From: a virus
Lineage: Duplodnaviria; Caudoviricetes
Strand: one strand, 5' to 3'
IMG/VR virus record: IMGVR_UViG_3300037991_001062
Span: 1 to 58,105 of that record
DNA length: 58,105 bases
Under the pieces are notes generated by a model, which was not told the DNA's origin, searched no databases, and was given only the letters and a program-made list of their open reading frames with translations. This document shows positions 20,201 through 27,279 of this stretch, in pieces. The position numbers and the translations under genes were made by a program. Numbering within the stretch: position 1 is the stretch's first letter; each line of letters starts with the position of its first letter.

Positions 20201-22128
20201 CCAAACAAACCACGTTGTGGGTCTATAGCGCTTTCACCTGGTAATAAATCTATATTTATTCCTCCAAGGGCTATACTTAGTGGAGAACCTTTACCGTATA
20301 TGTCATCTAATAGTTTCTCAGCTTTTTCTATTTTCTTTATAGATTCCTTAGCCTCATCTAGAGTCATGCCCTCTATGTTAGGATTGCTGCCCATTCTATA
20401 GATACCTGCTTTTAGATTCTCTAAGTTACCTTTTAAGTATTGTTCTAAAATTACTTCGTTTTCTATACCAGCATATGCATCTTTATCTATAGCATCACCG
20501 CCCTTCAAACTTCTAATAGCTTGTCTGTATTTGTATAACTTAGACATACCTGCTAGAGTTCTACCACTACCAGTCATCATAGTAGCCATATCTTTACCTG
20601 ACTGCACTGCGTGTTTAAACCCTAGGTTGTTGTATAATGCTGGATCACCATCTTTTATACCAGCTCTTACAGCTGCGTAGTCTGCATAATCAGAAACAAA
20701 TCCAGACCTTTTGCCGTTTGAATTGTATAAAGCAGGATCTCCTGCAAGATATTCTTGTGTCCATCTAAATTGTAAACCTTCTTCCGCACCTTCTAACTCT
20801 CTAGATAATCCCACTCTAGCACCAAATCCTGCCAAGTTCGTACCTATCTTACCTACATTTCTACTAGTTACAGCTCTACCTAACTCACGTAAACTACCGC
20901 TACCAAATGTCTTAGCCATACCAGGAACCTTTGCAAAGGTTAGTGCAAACTGTAATGCATCACCCGCACCTAGTTTATAGTTTTTATTTTTAAGTTCTTC
21001 TACACCCTTATATGCTTCTATTGCAATATCGTTTCTTTCACGTTTAGTTAACTCTCCAGGTAAACCATCATCTAGTTTTTGTTGAATAGCTTCTTTTTCT
21101 AGTTGGTCCACTCTTTGCCAGTAAGTATCACCAGCCTCCATAGATGTTTCTAAATATCTACTAAGACCAATACCATATCCAACAGATGCAATGTTGGCAA
21201 GAGCTACAGCTCCTCTACCATAGGGATTACCTGAAAGAGCAGGGCTAGCAGCCTTAATACTATTCAAAACTAAAGGAACTCCTATACTATAAATCCATCC
21301 TTCAGCAGTAGATAATGTACCTGCTAAGTCTCCTGCTGCTTGATACCTAAAATAGTCTCCTGTATTAGCACCTATTCTATCATTTCTGTTCTCAGATATT
21401 TCTCCACGAAGTAACCAGTCTTCTGATATATTGTAATCACTTTCAAGACTGTCTTCTCTCTCTGCAATTTCTTTTAGTATATCTTCTTTACGAGCTAATA
21501 ATGATTGGTAATCTGTTTTATTACCACTCTTATATACAGCATCCATTAGATCGTTGGTAAGTCCATATTCTTTTGCCAACTGTTCTGCTCTAGCTACATC
21601 CTGTTCGTTAACACCAAGGTTACCGTATATCTGCATTAGATCATTCTCTGAGTCTTCCTCTATAAACTCTCCATTCTCTATTCTATTAGAGAGTAACGCA
21701 TGCTGCTGTCTACTAATTCTACCATCTTGTAGTAAAGCATCAACTTGCATCTTATTGTTTTCTATCTTAGCTAGATTAACATTAAGAGCTGCAAGCCTAT
21801 CTAGGTTTGAAGATAGTTTAAATTGCTTAATAGTTTTGGATAAATTAGAAAGGCTGTTTGAGAAATCACTTTTAAATACAGTTTTGTATGCATCAGGTCT
21901 AGCTTCTAGCGTAGGCATCTCTGCACCAAACCCAGCTCTAGTACTCTGCTCTGCAAATCCTACTGATTTTATAGTAGAATCTATTATACTTTGAGGAGGA
22001 GATAGGTTTAAATTTGTATCTTCCAATTTTAAATAGGAATACTCGTAAGGTACTGAACTAACTGTAGAAGAATTATTTACATCTTCTTGTTGCAGTAAAC
22101 CGCCTTCTTCTAATTTCTTCTTAGACAT
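8281..22128 (-). CDS. Giant virion-packaged RNA polymerase (crAss-like) fused to SF1 helicase-like and zincin domains (4615 aa)
   Basis: Catalytic-type GSDFDIDSL motif (DFDID at 10972-10986), preceded by GFRIPS and DAQGY. SF1 motifs GAAGTGKT, IIDEA, GDPGQ, VYR, AQGQT and YTASSRA at about 17100-18000. HETFH at about 14884-14898. Confidence 0.9.
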   Translation of the reverse strand: MSKKKLEEGGLLQQEDVNNSSTVSSVPYEYSYLKLEDTNLNLSPPQSIIDSTIKSVGFAEQSTRAGFGAEMPTLEARPDAYKTVFKSDFSNSLSNLSKTIKQFKLSSNLDRLAALNVNLAKIENNKMQVDALLQDGRISRQQHALLSNRIENGEFIEEDSENDLMQIYGNLGVNEQDVARAEQLAKEYGLTNDLMDAVYKSGNKTDYQSLLARKEDILKEIAEREDSLESDYNISEDWLLRGEISENRNDRIGANTGDYFRYQAAGDLAGTLSTAEGWIYSIGVPLVLNSIKAASPALSGNPYGRGAVALANIASVGYGIGLSRYLETSMEAGDTYWQRVDQLEKEAIQQKLDDGLPGELTKRERNDIAIEAYKGVEELKNKNYKLGAGDALQFALTFAKVPGMAKTFGSGSLRELGRAVTSRNVGKIGTNLAGFGARVGLSRELEGAEEGLQFRWTQEYLAGDPALYNSNGKRSGFVSDYADYAAVRAGIKDGDPALYNNLGFKHAVQSGKDMATMMTGSGRTLAGMSKLYKYRQAIRSLKGGDAIDKDAYAGIENEVILEQYLKGNLENLKAGIYRMGSNPNIEGMTLDEAKESIKKIEKAEKLLDDIYGKGSPLSIALGGINIDLLPGESAIDPQRGLFGIGRDEAGTNAFDRNKKMAFLNAMEIVDKEQQLKDLEVEQLEFANGKESSLNSMFGLDDLSREEKADVQSKLESRGIRATPFDVQIEELKNELNRLKTDNKNIATGDFVYSNMGGYMSMQEFRKYADLQKRAKELGETKELTEAQRAEFRDIQTELAKILWTSGVEYNNISKNYNESNIRRATMLQFIGQTIALMGKDPKKHLASILNSIAEKGMQLDQETLETVMSEADRAIKERNDIQERKDENAALIEGILNGSKDISGNDKDFDPTAGGFTAFTPLSKTEQNSLEIYTKDEANLSPAQKNDLAQLRERAVTQDKINELQKQNNDFDSQLENLNGIADAGQKILNRGVESFLLDDNNFRVKSTDEVIVDTAINDLIGATNYLRAQLELNPDYADVNYVRSILEQIEGRSRIFERRAAETGNELFSDIAQTLETLYGEVVDLSQVVAENNASRVASQTEFENQITENLLNSIGIDSNFEFFKEGPFAQIAELTKSIIDPKEFNKIKEAVIGPDVKLTDKTMAAMLMVNLVKTRLQEDQVFKTKFQDTLKETKTSIKNKIKEDAKDSSIEYRSEYLDNPETTFDTYQLPNIDDAFDIVTQTSPTFRYEDHKNLSKYLEDVIASERPADVQLPSAAIPNLSIEKSDGVTRIQKEDLVKLLTNQLDLRKLTYLELILDSETTPIDVVHSEKFIADNPQTAPLKPTKQQLNAAREILLYLGLPEANTIPADANIGDFTAVLQGAAGTGKTKVVLQLAMTLSGLGTGSVFTMGHNASSSKTLSDALKTDNNTVENFLQIVNSEQGFPATTNLLIIDEAFGFSDEQMSDVNEAVVNINRERKQQELPLLKVIMLGDPGQITTERIDALQLNNISSRVKTFITPVSTVYRSDIPALVDFQNIFRRRLTPIENTPIVTKVTNLNIGTFNENTNPIKGVYGVSGNFKEGIKERLEKTKESNDGKRRVIITDPTRVEDYRAFVEGNGFNHVEVLSYIEAQGQTITEVYMDIKGLDMNGDELSPSQINDALYTASSRASDLVVAGNLNIENTVDENLDKISSGLASEIRERDVEFLREVQDNYDFIKELPSLSVSDQAKEKTKELEENQEVDIEEQEDIADDSGVEEEINTNMDPIDDQGNEAQHPTPPVDEYYEEDTVEEVTDSEAISVDFPEFTATSETTDVIINGQTYTVAPAQDNQPAFAVVSKVGDKVGLVIYQPAVDAEGNAIPGAFRRLAVFGENDIAKATWIKPAEKAAIQDRINSGKAPLLTSAGIPGDKSIFIKDINLAANNVLPGLIVPQGGIRRLTYKYKKRADVDSVDKNTKYSNEEGVSIKRGVVDKLLTKFVTSFYNDSKQKPSEKDIKRKSSFKIFKTNREVRSYQSRIGEGFEIKKGVPYIIIEGIDNTQGNKNRIQMIPLVPRKLRRSNRDDFRNYYQPIEEFIKNVQEVERIIGYTYGTPEFRNFIYGMNMESLQQRMEEVGRLGVPQVEMERIDAMLGGVYAEVLRDETGALLRDENGRLAMITSGPGLAQSVMNKLARANNKRPGFDGFRVVNKIKDNSGNIVKAGHKARGLMAVPDPQKHAGLEYLFYNIQKLQSLFTDVDGVNQVLYVPLILPKDNKKQSLSSKAVQQYIDMHLQDPTDEIYRTQIFLSRGEIVEQAPVETQEDIQADPVDDSLKLDESDLDDIVGDFKLFEDKDGYSDKKGKLVTKPEALKELRRILPDAFRKDGTLKTGYISFINGADMLRLTEKPGALGVFMDNMMFIKEDRGGIYKNIVRHETFHKIFSYFLTAAERKALLNAAREQYSEARDMNDLQVEEFLADKFMTYEQAPQSFTQKVAAFFKKVLRFFNIISKDANNVKKFFDNVENGYFTGFKGEPLDSDAKHFIDINKEYGNTDVYRASKHLLVRSLGSLLAKTDQTSTVDEAGNVSNVFFNRDERFAYVKDQVLPALKSKYANIKNPTEEQVVLKVALDKLTSGRTADRLYKELYNQKAAEFELESKEAESMQDQIIDASEINHKNNLSSEVRDFLNNITYTKADGTKETVSYNYAYFTALQLLSGLDSSLDTDAMLREIASREKELSHKPGSPGSAIIQAIKGLVETSLANEINITDSQGVLSSVTFPNNSKFDVTKNNQEVFVYHPTKDVSLIDVDNDVLDDSTKVIRRDKKESSASFVGRALRESGLEVETAKPMYKKFYNLNVFKNLYVNTASLRKERFHMGDYSIDTVADPVSGVTERQVKTRYYQHKEFGSKAANEANIKDRIFDNYKKLLKKRRAIDSLLKQNKVELAYFTMLDAVGIYVPKDRVGFDKSNLDQVKTALSEVLGKVYAATNKRKKQVDEFGNPVVYKRNNKAKGEVKGQPVTVAATPEDALEDSAGFIKTLSSALINIDQNQKAGSIRTAEGKTVYTFHNSSFAIDSLLGLAGKGPVKDVHIENNDPIWSKLYKYNIFTNGTSKIIDIADHDAYADRKGRKSPTTMNLEKPSQWFERNFVYQFATAMQKESEGLSYIQQLHTVADTKNVRNVRVPVLSKNAVRKALAAIYTQSKAKEVTPLVFTEEFNSAASASSFAKAAEKKIGERIEKLSKFLTDNNIGPQYTALRSADAMLKEQDLGFKNANEAFMYNYAVNSFFANQVIMGDTSSLKDSFKVIKRAKVAHAPGYRGLVNDKYGMPKKYNIAVSEDPKANPFEYMSNAEKQAFKDQLAIMGVEFDIADAQGYMLPSRRADIRKGFGNGLNIGNVLKPVYYGVHADGNAVAVKYSSVVLTDDLVNRFPALKDLRTKMERAKVGEFIMDTAIKNGNPKVQSKTGYNFETGETNFRIAKQSIIEMDSNNFRIQLDPEADIDTFVSNPTQLGYFINSNGKNKAESVEYYSLFAQLQRIGLDKVYRELGIKSNNREYSRGERQKLKNTIQKTLAKSAAKRENSLREAAMLAEGDIDVNFPAIVAKSISLLSSNFEKSVIKPKFPGQKLALMSDLGVTVFEKGDLVGTRSELEAQGITVDDSWSERPLRHMYGNNNYAEVILPEALKGQFQIGDDFFNKYGMGFRIPSTELHSAIPLRVVGFSNEAGTSTLIAPKELSPLHGSDFDIDSLFIIRRATIFDRDKGGRRIFTAEGVDVRIDVQDALLNPSNYINNMEDVIDQAVAERSAVRNQSEINKDLDKRLTKEIAILNNVREAAIKNRMLEIYLDVITADKNRESMLTPINLKVLNGKDVNSVFDMYAKNAKISVPSNAKNYKNSGFYEGKDLSDPFDEMYMHQSNQQGAKLTGIFANSMKAISYLMGDNLNDKDAREGASVITRDDNTQEAKKVTYKIDNKEYSDFQRIDTEGNAIFVALDGLVNAAIDNANEQILNILNLNNNTAGYMALMLAQGVPLNTAAAVVGQPAIRAAFEMEGSFDGNLGVIQDSLIDRLDMATEEVAAIIDAARDQGLNTTELEGGISRFEDRVEDFDNYTKDQLTEQIVVIDFLKNLKSAQSQLIKVSNALSIIQAMPNDLASLEGKIEQWGELFQQNEDGTYSNVDRNLNSTILLKHPHIAQAFVALNFLSGAMSSVFHLASPRVAAYADSFSGDINRSDLENKNQVQVEFRSQILRYLTSSLEDTSNEKPVTIKTDSGSFKLRGNRAFVHNATIRVKEMQDATNNSGDRLGDVHPFLSNILTEKDRFGNKYIKAADTKAPTQDEMIDIHNSFNKLDQEDQDMIVKYAIVNEGLEFAPGNITLLLPPNVLTDVSKKREALLSRLFATGESLQKQSSLDILDNVKDHFELQYNLNNPTRVRDHYRLGKDESDNFIKALTRNNSIYGTTIENGIVTDYAVPGGGHAQYLMNNNIGVLYTKVHEVADIDGNVTKTLYQQVGRASSQVSAFTVPNDILEAKTTYTYNKKDYFNPQYVTRTVDVLSQKDLTLSKPILDQDGNQALKPGDKMIVKLAGDSLRTNAKIRTIESISNDGLSIKFKGTVTSIKSTPKQEQDAMKANMDNDSVQLSDKCKTG

Positions 22129-22133
22129 ACTTG

Positions 22134-22141
22134 CAAATATA
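22134..22141 (-). promoter_or_regulatory. Bacteroidota primary-sigma -7 box (TAnnTTTG) upstream of the RNAP gene
   Basis: The minus strand reads TATATTTG-CAAGT-ATG in the 20-nt intergenic gap. No clear -33 TTTG was found. Confidence 0.55.
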
Positions 22142-22148
22142 CTAATTA

Positions 22149-24008
22149 TTAGTTAAATGAATTTATAAACTGACTGAGTGTATCATTCTGTTCAGCTGCT
22201 TTTGCTTCTTTTAGGAATGCTTCAGGATCATTGTAATAAACTTGCGCAATCTTACTGTTAGCTGTCATGGCATTAGTAAGAGCTTTATTAGTTGCACCAG
22301 TTAAAGTTTCTGTAGCTTTTATACTAAAGTCTGCAACTGTCGCTTGATACTGCTGTCTTTGATTATGCTGAGCTCTAAGCTGTGGTTTTTGTTTATCATA
22401 GTTTGCTTGACCCATATCATATCTAGATACATTACTAAATACAGTCTCATCCATCATATTAATAGGTGCAGAATAACCATCAAACTCAAAGAAGGTTTCA
22501 CCATCTACCTCTACTTTAGTAAATATTCTATTACCTTGAGCATCTTCTAGCTTGTTAATATCTTTATTAAACATTTCAAAATTAACACCTACTTTACCTA
22601 GACCCATTTTACCTGCCATTCTATTTAACTCATCCTCAGTAACTCTATATCTACCAGGTTGTACTACAGTACCTACACCTGTTGTGATAGCTCTTTGGTT
22701 ATTATATGGTGTAAACTGACCAGAAAACCCAGTAGTAAACCCTGTACCCATATTTCTAAGTTTATCACTAAGTACATTATTTTTAACATTAGTAACAAGA
22801 GAGTTATATTGTTCTGGGTTTATTTTAACCCCAGTCTCTCTGTGTATAAATGCAGCTGCTTCTTTTGCCTCCATACCTGCACCACTAGCCATCATAAGAG
22901 TATTAGTTAATAATTTACTATCCATACCCTCTGCACCTATACCTAGATTAGAATATATTTGATTTAATTTATTCATCTCATTATCAGAATAGTTACCCGC
23001 AGCTGTAAGCATTATAGGTGTATCATCACCATATGTTACTGCAACAGAATTACTCTTAGGATCATAATTAGTTCCTGTAGCTGTAGCAAATGCTGCAGGA
23101 GGTAATGAACCTGCACCAGCCATTACCACTGTAGCTAATGAGTATGTTGAACCAGTACCATCTCCAGAACCTGCTGAGAATGCACCAGGTGCAAAGTCAT
23201 AGCTGTATTGAACATCTCTACCAACTTGTGGAGAACCAACAGCAGAGAATCTTCTTAATATATCTGCCTTAGCATCTGCAGGTTGTAGTTTTGATCCTGT
23301 CTGTGTAAGTCTTCTATAGTCTTGTGCTCCTTCAGCTGTACCTAAATATGTGTCGTATAATTTATTTACAACTCTATCTAGTTTTTGTTGAGACACACCA
23401 GACACTTTACCATATCGTATATAGTCATTAACTTGATCTGCATTAAGATCCCCAAACTCAGGACCTAGAGAACCACCATCACCAGCAATGTTACCAAGTA
23501 AACTTTGCATTCTACCTGCATAGTCTTTCATTACCTCCATCTGTGACTCATATTTATTCAAAGAACCATCTGGGTTTACAGTTTGAAATGTTGCACCTAA
23601 ACCATCGTTAAAGTCTACCACACCATCCATACCAAACTGCTGTATGTATTCTTTGTCTTTCTTTCTTTCAGCTGCGTTTCTTTGAGCTTGTATAATAGTC
23701 ATATCAGATGTCAAGTATCTATAGCTATTGTTAACAGCTAAACTTGCATCTTCATAGTTACCTTGCTCTATAACAGATCCTAACTGATCTGTAATGTTAC
23801 CTCTGATTGCGTCTCGTAGTCCAGCAGCATCATCGCCTTCTGTAAGCTCCATTTGGTTTACAGTTTTAAGCATAAGATTAGTAGCCTCTTCGTTTTTATC
23901 ATAGGTATCCCTATAGATCTTTGCTACATCTCTAAAGTTCTGCACCCCAGGATCTGTAAAAGTAGATTTATACTCAGACATTCCTGATATTATATCATAT
24001 TTACCCAT
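22149..24008 (-). CDS. Putative internal virion (cargo/ejection) protein (619 aa)
   Basis: Lies between the cargo-like gene and the RNAP gene, as in crAss-like genomes. Helical N-terminus; no enzyme motif seen. Confidence 0.55.
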   Translation of the reverse strand: MGKYDIISGMSEYKSTFTDPGVQNFRDVAKIYRDTYDKNEEATNLMLKTVNQMELTEGDDAAGLRDAIRGNITDQLGSVIEQGNYEDASLAVNNSYRYLTSDMTIIQAQRNAAERKKDKEYIQQFGMDGVVDFNDGLGATFQTVNPDGSLNKYESQMEVMKDYAGRMQSLLGNIAGDGGSLGPEFGDLNADQVNDYIRYGKVSGVSQQKLDRVVNKLYDTYLGTAEGAQDYRRLTQTGSKLQPADAKADILRRFSAVGSPQVGRDVQYSYDFAPGAFSAGSGDGTGSTYSLATVVMAGAGSLPPAAFATATGTNYDPKSNSVAVTYGDDTPIMLTAAGNYSDNEMNKLNQIYSNLGIGAEGMDSKLLTNTLMMASGAGMEAKEAAAFIHRETGVKINPEQYNSLVTNVKNNVLSDKLRNMGTGFTTGFSGQFTPYNNQRAITTGVGTVVQPGRYRVTEDELNRMAGKMGLGKVGVNFEMFNKDINKLEDAQGNRIFTKVEVDGETFFEFDGYSAPINMMDETVFSNVSRYDMGQANYDKQKPQLRAQHNQRQQYQATVADFSIKATETLTGATNKALTNAMTANSKIAQVYYNDPEAFLKEAKAAEQNDTLSQFINSFN

Positions 24009-27000
24009 TTTTCTTAGTATTTAATTCTTGATCAGTTTCGTTCTTCAACTCATCAGCCTCCTTTTTATTCATTCCAAGCTCTACTAGATTCTCAAAAAAC
24101 TGTTCATTAAGTGAGTTTCTTCCACCAGCCATTGCCTTAGCATATTGTTCCATCTGCTTATAGGCTAGTTCATATTTAGTGGCATCATTAAGAGATGTAC
24201 TAATAGCATTAGTAAACTTATCCATAAGCTGTATTCTACCTTTCTTAACAGCTGTTTGTATTTGTAGATTTTCTAGATCTGCAGTATACTTATTCTTAAC
24301 ATTTGTCATTTCAGCAACTAAAGCATTTTTAACATTCTCTTTGTCAACCTGCAAGTTAGCTTTTGTTTCTTGATTAATTTTAGCATTTTCAGATTTTTGT
24401 AACATCTCACCTTGTTTAGACAGTAGAGCTATCTTAGCAATAGGATCAGTGGTCTGACTAAGAGCTGCTTTAGTTCCCTCTTGAATCATCTTTCTTTCTG
24501 CCTCATTACTAATACGTATCTTACTAAGTCTTTCAGGAGTAATTCTGTCAGCTGTTACTTTCATATCCTCCAGCTCATTAAGATTTTTTCTACCTGCCAA
24601 TAGATTAGAACCATATGCTCCCATACCTAGTAATGTTCTAGCCTGTCTACTATTAAGTCCTAGCCTGTCTAGTATACCAGGATTTATATCACCATCATCT
24701 GTCGTAACATTATCTGTCTTTTTAAACTCTTCTTCAGAAATTGGTTTAGACATTGTAGGACCACCCTGAGGGAAAACGTCATCTATAGTCTTAAGAGGTA
24801 TCTCTCTAAACTCAAAGTTTGGATCAGGTTTTCTTTCTTCTACCTTTGGTTTTTTCTTTTCTGTAGTTGTAGTTGTTTCTTCTACTGGATCTTTCTTAAA
24901 TGGGTTTTCAATGACCTCCTCTCTATCTCCTACCACACCAAAGCCCTGTGTAATCATTCTATCAAAGTTATCAGCTAATGCTTTTTCTCCCATCTCAACT
25001 TGTTTTTTAAATCTAGCAACGTCATAAGGAGAAGCTCCCATCCCTGGTATCATAGCATTCTCTCTACTCTCAATAGTATTTGCAAGATTTTTCTTAGCCA
25101 TATCAACATTTCTTTGCAACTGATCATAAACATAAGGATTAGACAGATCACCAAGATATGCAGGATTAAACTTCGCCATTGGGTTATCTGCAGTTCCAAA
25201 CTGATTACCGAATTGAAGTGTTAAAGCTCTACCTATAGCAGACTTACCTCCAGTAAAAGGATCTGTCATAGCAGAGCCTGCTTGTATATTTGATCGGTCC
25301 ATGCCATAGTAATCAGGTCTTGGTATAAGTTCTCCAGTGTTTCCAAATAAAGGAGTACTTGCACCTGTACCAAAATAGTCTTGTTTATATGGAAGTTTAA
25401 AGTCTCCATTTTGATACATTTTATAACCACCCTTTGCTTTCTTCATAAGCTTCTTAGCTAACTTGCCAGTTTTCTTTGACTGTGCTGCATGCATTTGAGA
25501 GGCCTTAGTAAGTTGTTTAGATATTTCTTGAAGATCTTCTCCCATACCACCATCCTCAAAACGATCCTTTACTTGATCATATAGAGCTTTACCTACATCA
25601 TAAGTTCTTTTAAGTTTTCCAGGTAGTCCTCTAAAACTGGTAAAATCTGGAGCTTGCAGTTTTGTAGTCCTTAAACTTGATTCATACATACTAGGACTAA
25701 ATCCATAATTAAGTTTTTCTAATGCACTAAGACTACTATAAGGAGCATCATTCATAGGTGCAATCATAGCCTCGTCATAGTCAGGTGTAGCTGTTACTTG
25801 TGCCCTATTATCAGGCATTGGTATATTAAGATTAGGCATGTTTTGTAGAGTTGCAGGAACTCCACCTCCTGCACCCATACCTCCATCTCTAGCTATATTT
25901 GTTGGACTTCTATCTTTATCATTTCTGCCAGCTATCTTTTCTTGTAGCTTAGCAAACATTTGTTTTGCATTCATATTCATACCTCCTGATTTTCTATAGT
26001 CTTCAGCAAATGTATTGCCTGTACTAGGGTTCTTTAAATGGTCAGAGAAATAATACTCTCTCATAGAACCATTATTATCCATTACTTTTGTTATAACTTC
26101 GCCAGGCATAGCTACTCCGTTTTTCATACCCCCACCTTCTAATTCTGTATTAGCATCTCTCATTACTCCGCCTTGCTCATGTGTAGGACCATATACTATC
26201 ATATCTCCCTGATTATTCATAGGCTTAATACCGCCCATTTCACCTTGATATGTAGTACCAAACTGTGAAGATGCTGGTCCAACATTCTTCATAAAATCTT
26301 GTTTTCCACTAACAAATTCTGTATACTTATCTCTTGCATCCTGTTGCACTATTTGTTCTTCCTCTCTAGCTTCATTTCTATCTCTAATTCCTTTAAATAA
26401 AGATTTACCTAATCCATATACACCACCAATAGCTGCTCCAAGACCTGCACCTACTGGACCTAAAAGGCTTCCTATCATAGCTCCTGTACCCGCACCAGAG
26501 CCTGCGCCAGATAATATATCTCCACCAATCTCTCCAACATTATAGGTAGTTTCATCATCATCATCTGCAAGATACCCTATACCTTCACCTACTAGATAGG
26601 CAGGTAGTGCATAAGGACTTATAGTATTACCAACATTTGCTATTCCTGACAATGTGTTACTTCCAGCTACCGCACTAGTAAGAGCTTGAGTTGCTTTACC
26701 TGGTGCAGCTTTTCCTAATACCTCAAATCCTTCAGGTACTGCTTCTCCTGGATTAAGAGACATTCCTTGTCCTGTAGTAGGATTAAATATAGATTGAGTA
26801 CCTTTTTCTACCGTACCAACAAAAGCTTTACCTCCTCCAGGTAGTGTAGGGTTTATAGCTTCTGCAAAGGTACCCACATCAGGGCCTTCTTTAAATACAT
26901 CTTTAGCTTTATCCTTTAGATTTTTACCTTCTGCAGATCTAAACTTGTTTAATAACTTTGAAGTACCTTTCTGTAAATTAGCTTTATTTTCAGCCTCATT

Positions 27001-27279
27001 CATAGCAGCTATGTCAGCAAGATAACTTTCTCTTTGCTGTTTTTCCATATCTGCCTGTTGTTGATATTGAGCGCCATAAGCTTGCATATATACTGATTGG
27101 TTCTCATTTAAACCTGTAGCTTCTAAAATATTTGGACCATACTCTTGCTGTCCATATCCTGCATCTTTATATTTTTTCAATAAACTATGACCACCACGCT
27201 TAAGTTTTTTCTTAGGCTTCTTGCCTTTCTTCTTCATGTCTATTGCTATTGCTGCTTGTTGTGCTCTATTCTTTGCCAT
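24001..27279 (-). CDS. Putative cargo/ejection protein with glycine-zipper hydrophobic segment (1092 aa)
   Basis: Basic N-terminus (QAAIAIDMKKKGKKPKK), glycine zipper GAGSGAGTGAMIGSLLGPVGAGLGAAIGGVYGLG, GPTHEQGGV..ELEGG motif, coiled-coil C-terminus. Follows the muzzle-like gene. Confidence 0.65.
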   Translation of the reverse strand: MAKNRAQQAAIAIDMKKKGKKPKKKLKRGGHSLLKKYKDAGYGQQEYGPNILEATGLNENQSVYMQAYGAQYQQQADMEKQQRESYLADIAAMNEAENKANLQKGTSKLLNKFRSAEGKNLKDKAKDVFKEGPDVGTFAEAINPTLPGGGKAFVGTVEKGTQSIFNPTTGQGMSLNPGEAVPEGFEVLGKAAPGKATQALTSAVAGSNTLSGIANVGNTISPYALPAYLVGEGIGYLADDDDETTYNVGEIGGDILSGAGSGAGTGAMIGSLLGPVGAGLGAAIGGVYGLGKSLFKGIRDRNEAREEEQIVQQDARDKYTEFVSGKQDFMKNVGPASSQFGTTYQGEMGGIKPMNNQGDMIVYGPTHEQGGVMRDANTELEGGGMKNGVAMPGEVITKVMDNNGSMREYYFSDHLKNPSTGNTFAEDYRKSGGMNMNAKQMFAKLQEKIAGRNDKDRSPTNIARDGGMGAGGGVPATLQNMPNLNIPMPDNRAQVTATPDYDEAMIAPMNDAPYSSLSALEKLNYGFSPSMYESSLRTTKLQAPDFTSFRGLPGKLKRTYDVGKALYDQVKDRFEDGGMGEDLQEISKQLTKASQMHAAQSKKTGKLAKKLMKKAKGGYKMYQNGDFKLPYKQDYFGTGASTPLFGNTGELIPRPDYYGMDRSNIQAGSAMTDPFTGGKSAIGRALTLQFGNQFGTADNPMAKFNPAYLGDLSNPYVYDQLQRNVDMAKKNLANTIESRENAMIPGMGASPYDVARFKKQVEMGEKALADNFDRMITQGFGVVGDREEVIENPFKKDPVEETTTTTEKKKPKVEERKPDPNFEFREIPLKTIDDVFPQGGPTMSKPISEEEFKKTDNVTTDDGDINPGILDRLGLNSRQARTLLGMGAYGSNLLAGRKNLNELEDMKVTADRITPERLSKIRISNEAERKMIQEGTKAALSQTTDPIAKIALLSKQGEMLQKSENAKINQETKANLQVDKENVKNALVAEMTNVKNKYTADLENLQIQTAVKKGRIQLMDKFTNAISTSLNDATKYELAYKQMEQYAKAMAGGRNSLNEQFFENLVELGMNKKEADELKNETDQELNTKKNG

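Noticed and set aside
8281-22128. Intein or self-splicing intron inflating the RNAP gene
   Set aside because: No intein C/S...HN-C/S/T splice motifs or LAGLIDADG/HNH motifs were recognised, and the ORF is uninterrupted. A divergent element cannot be excluded without a search.
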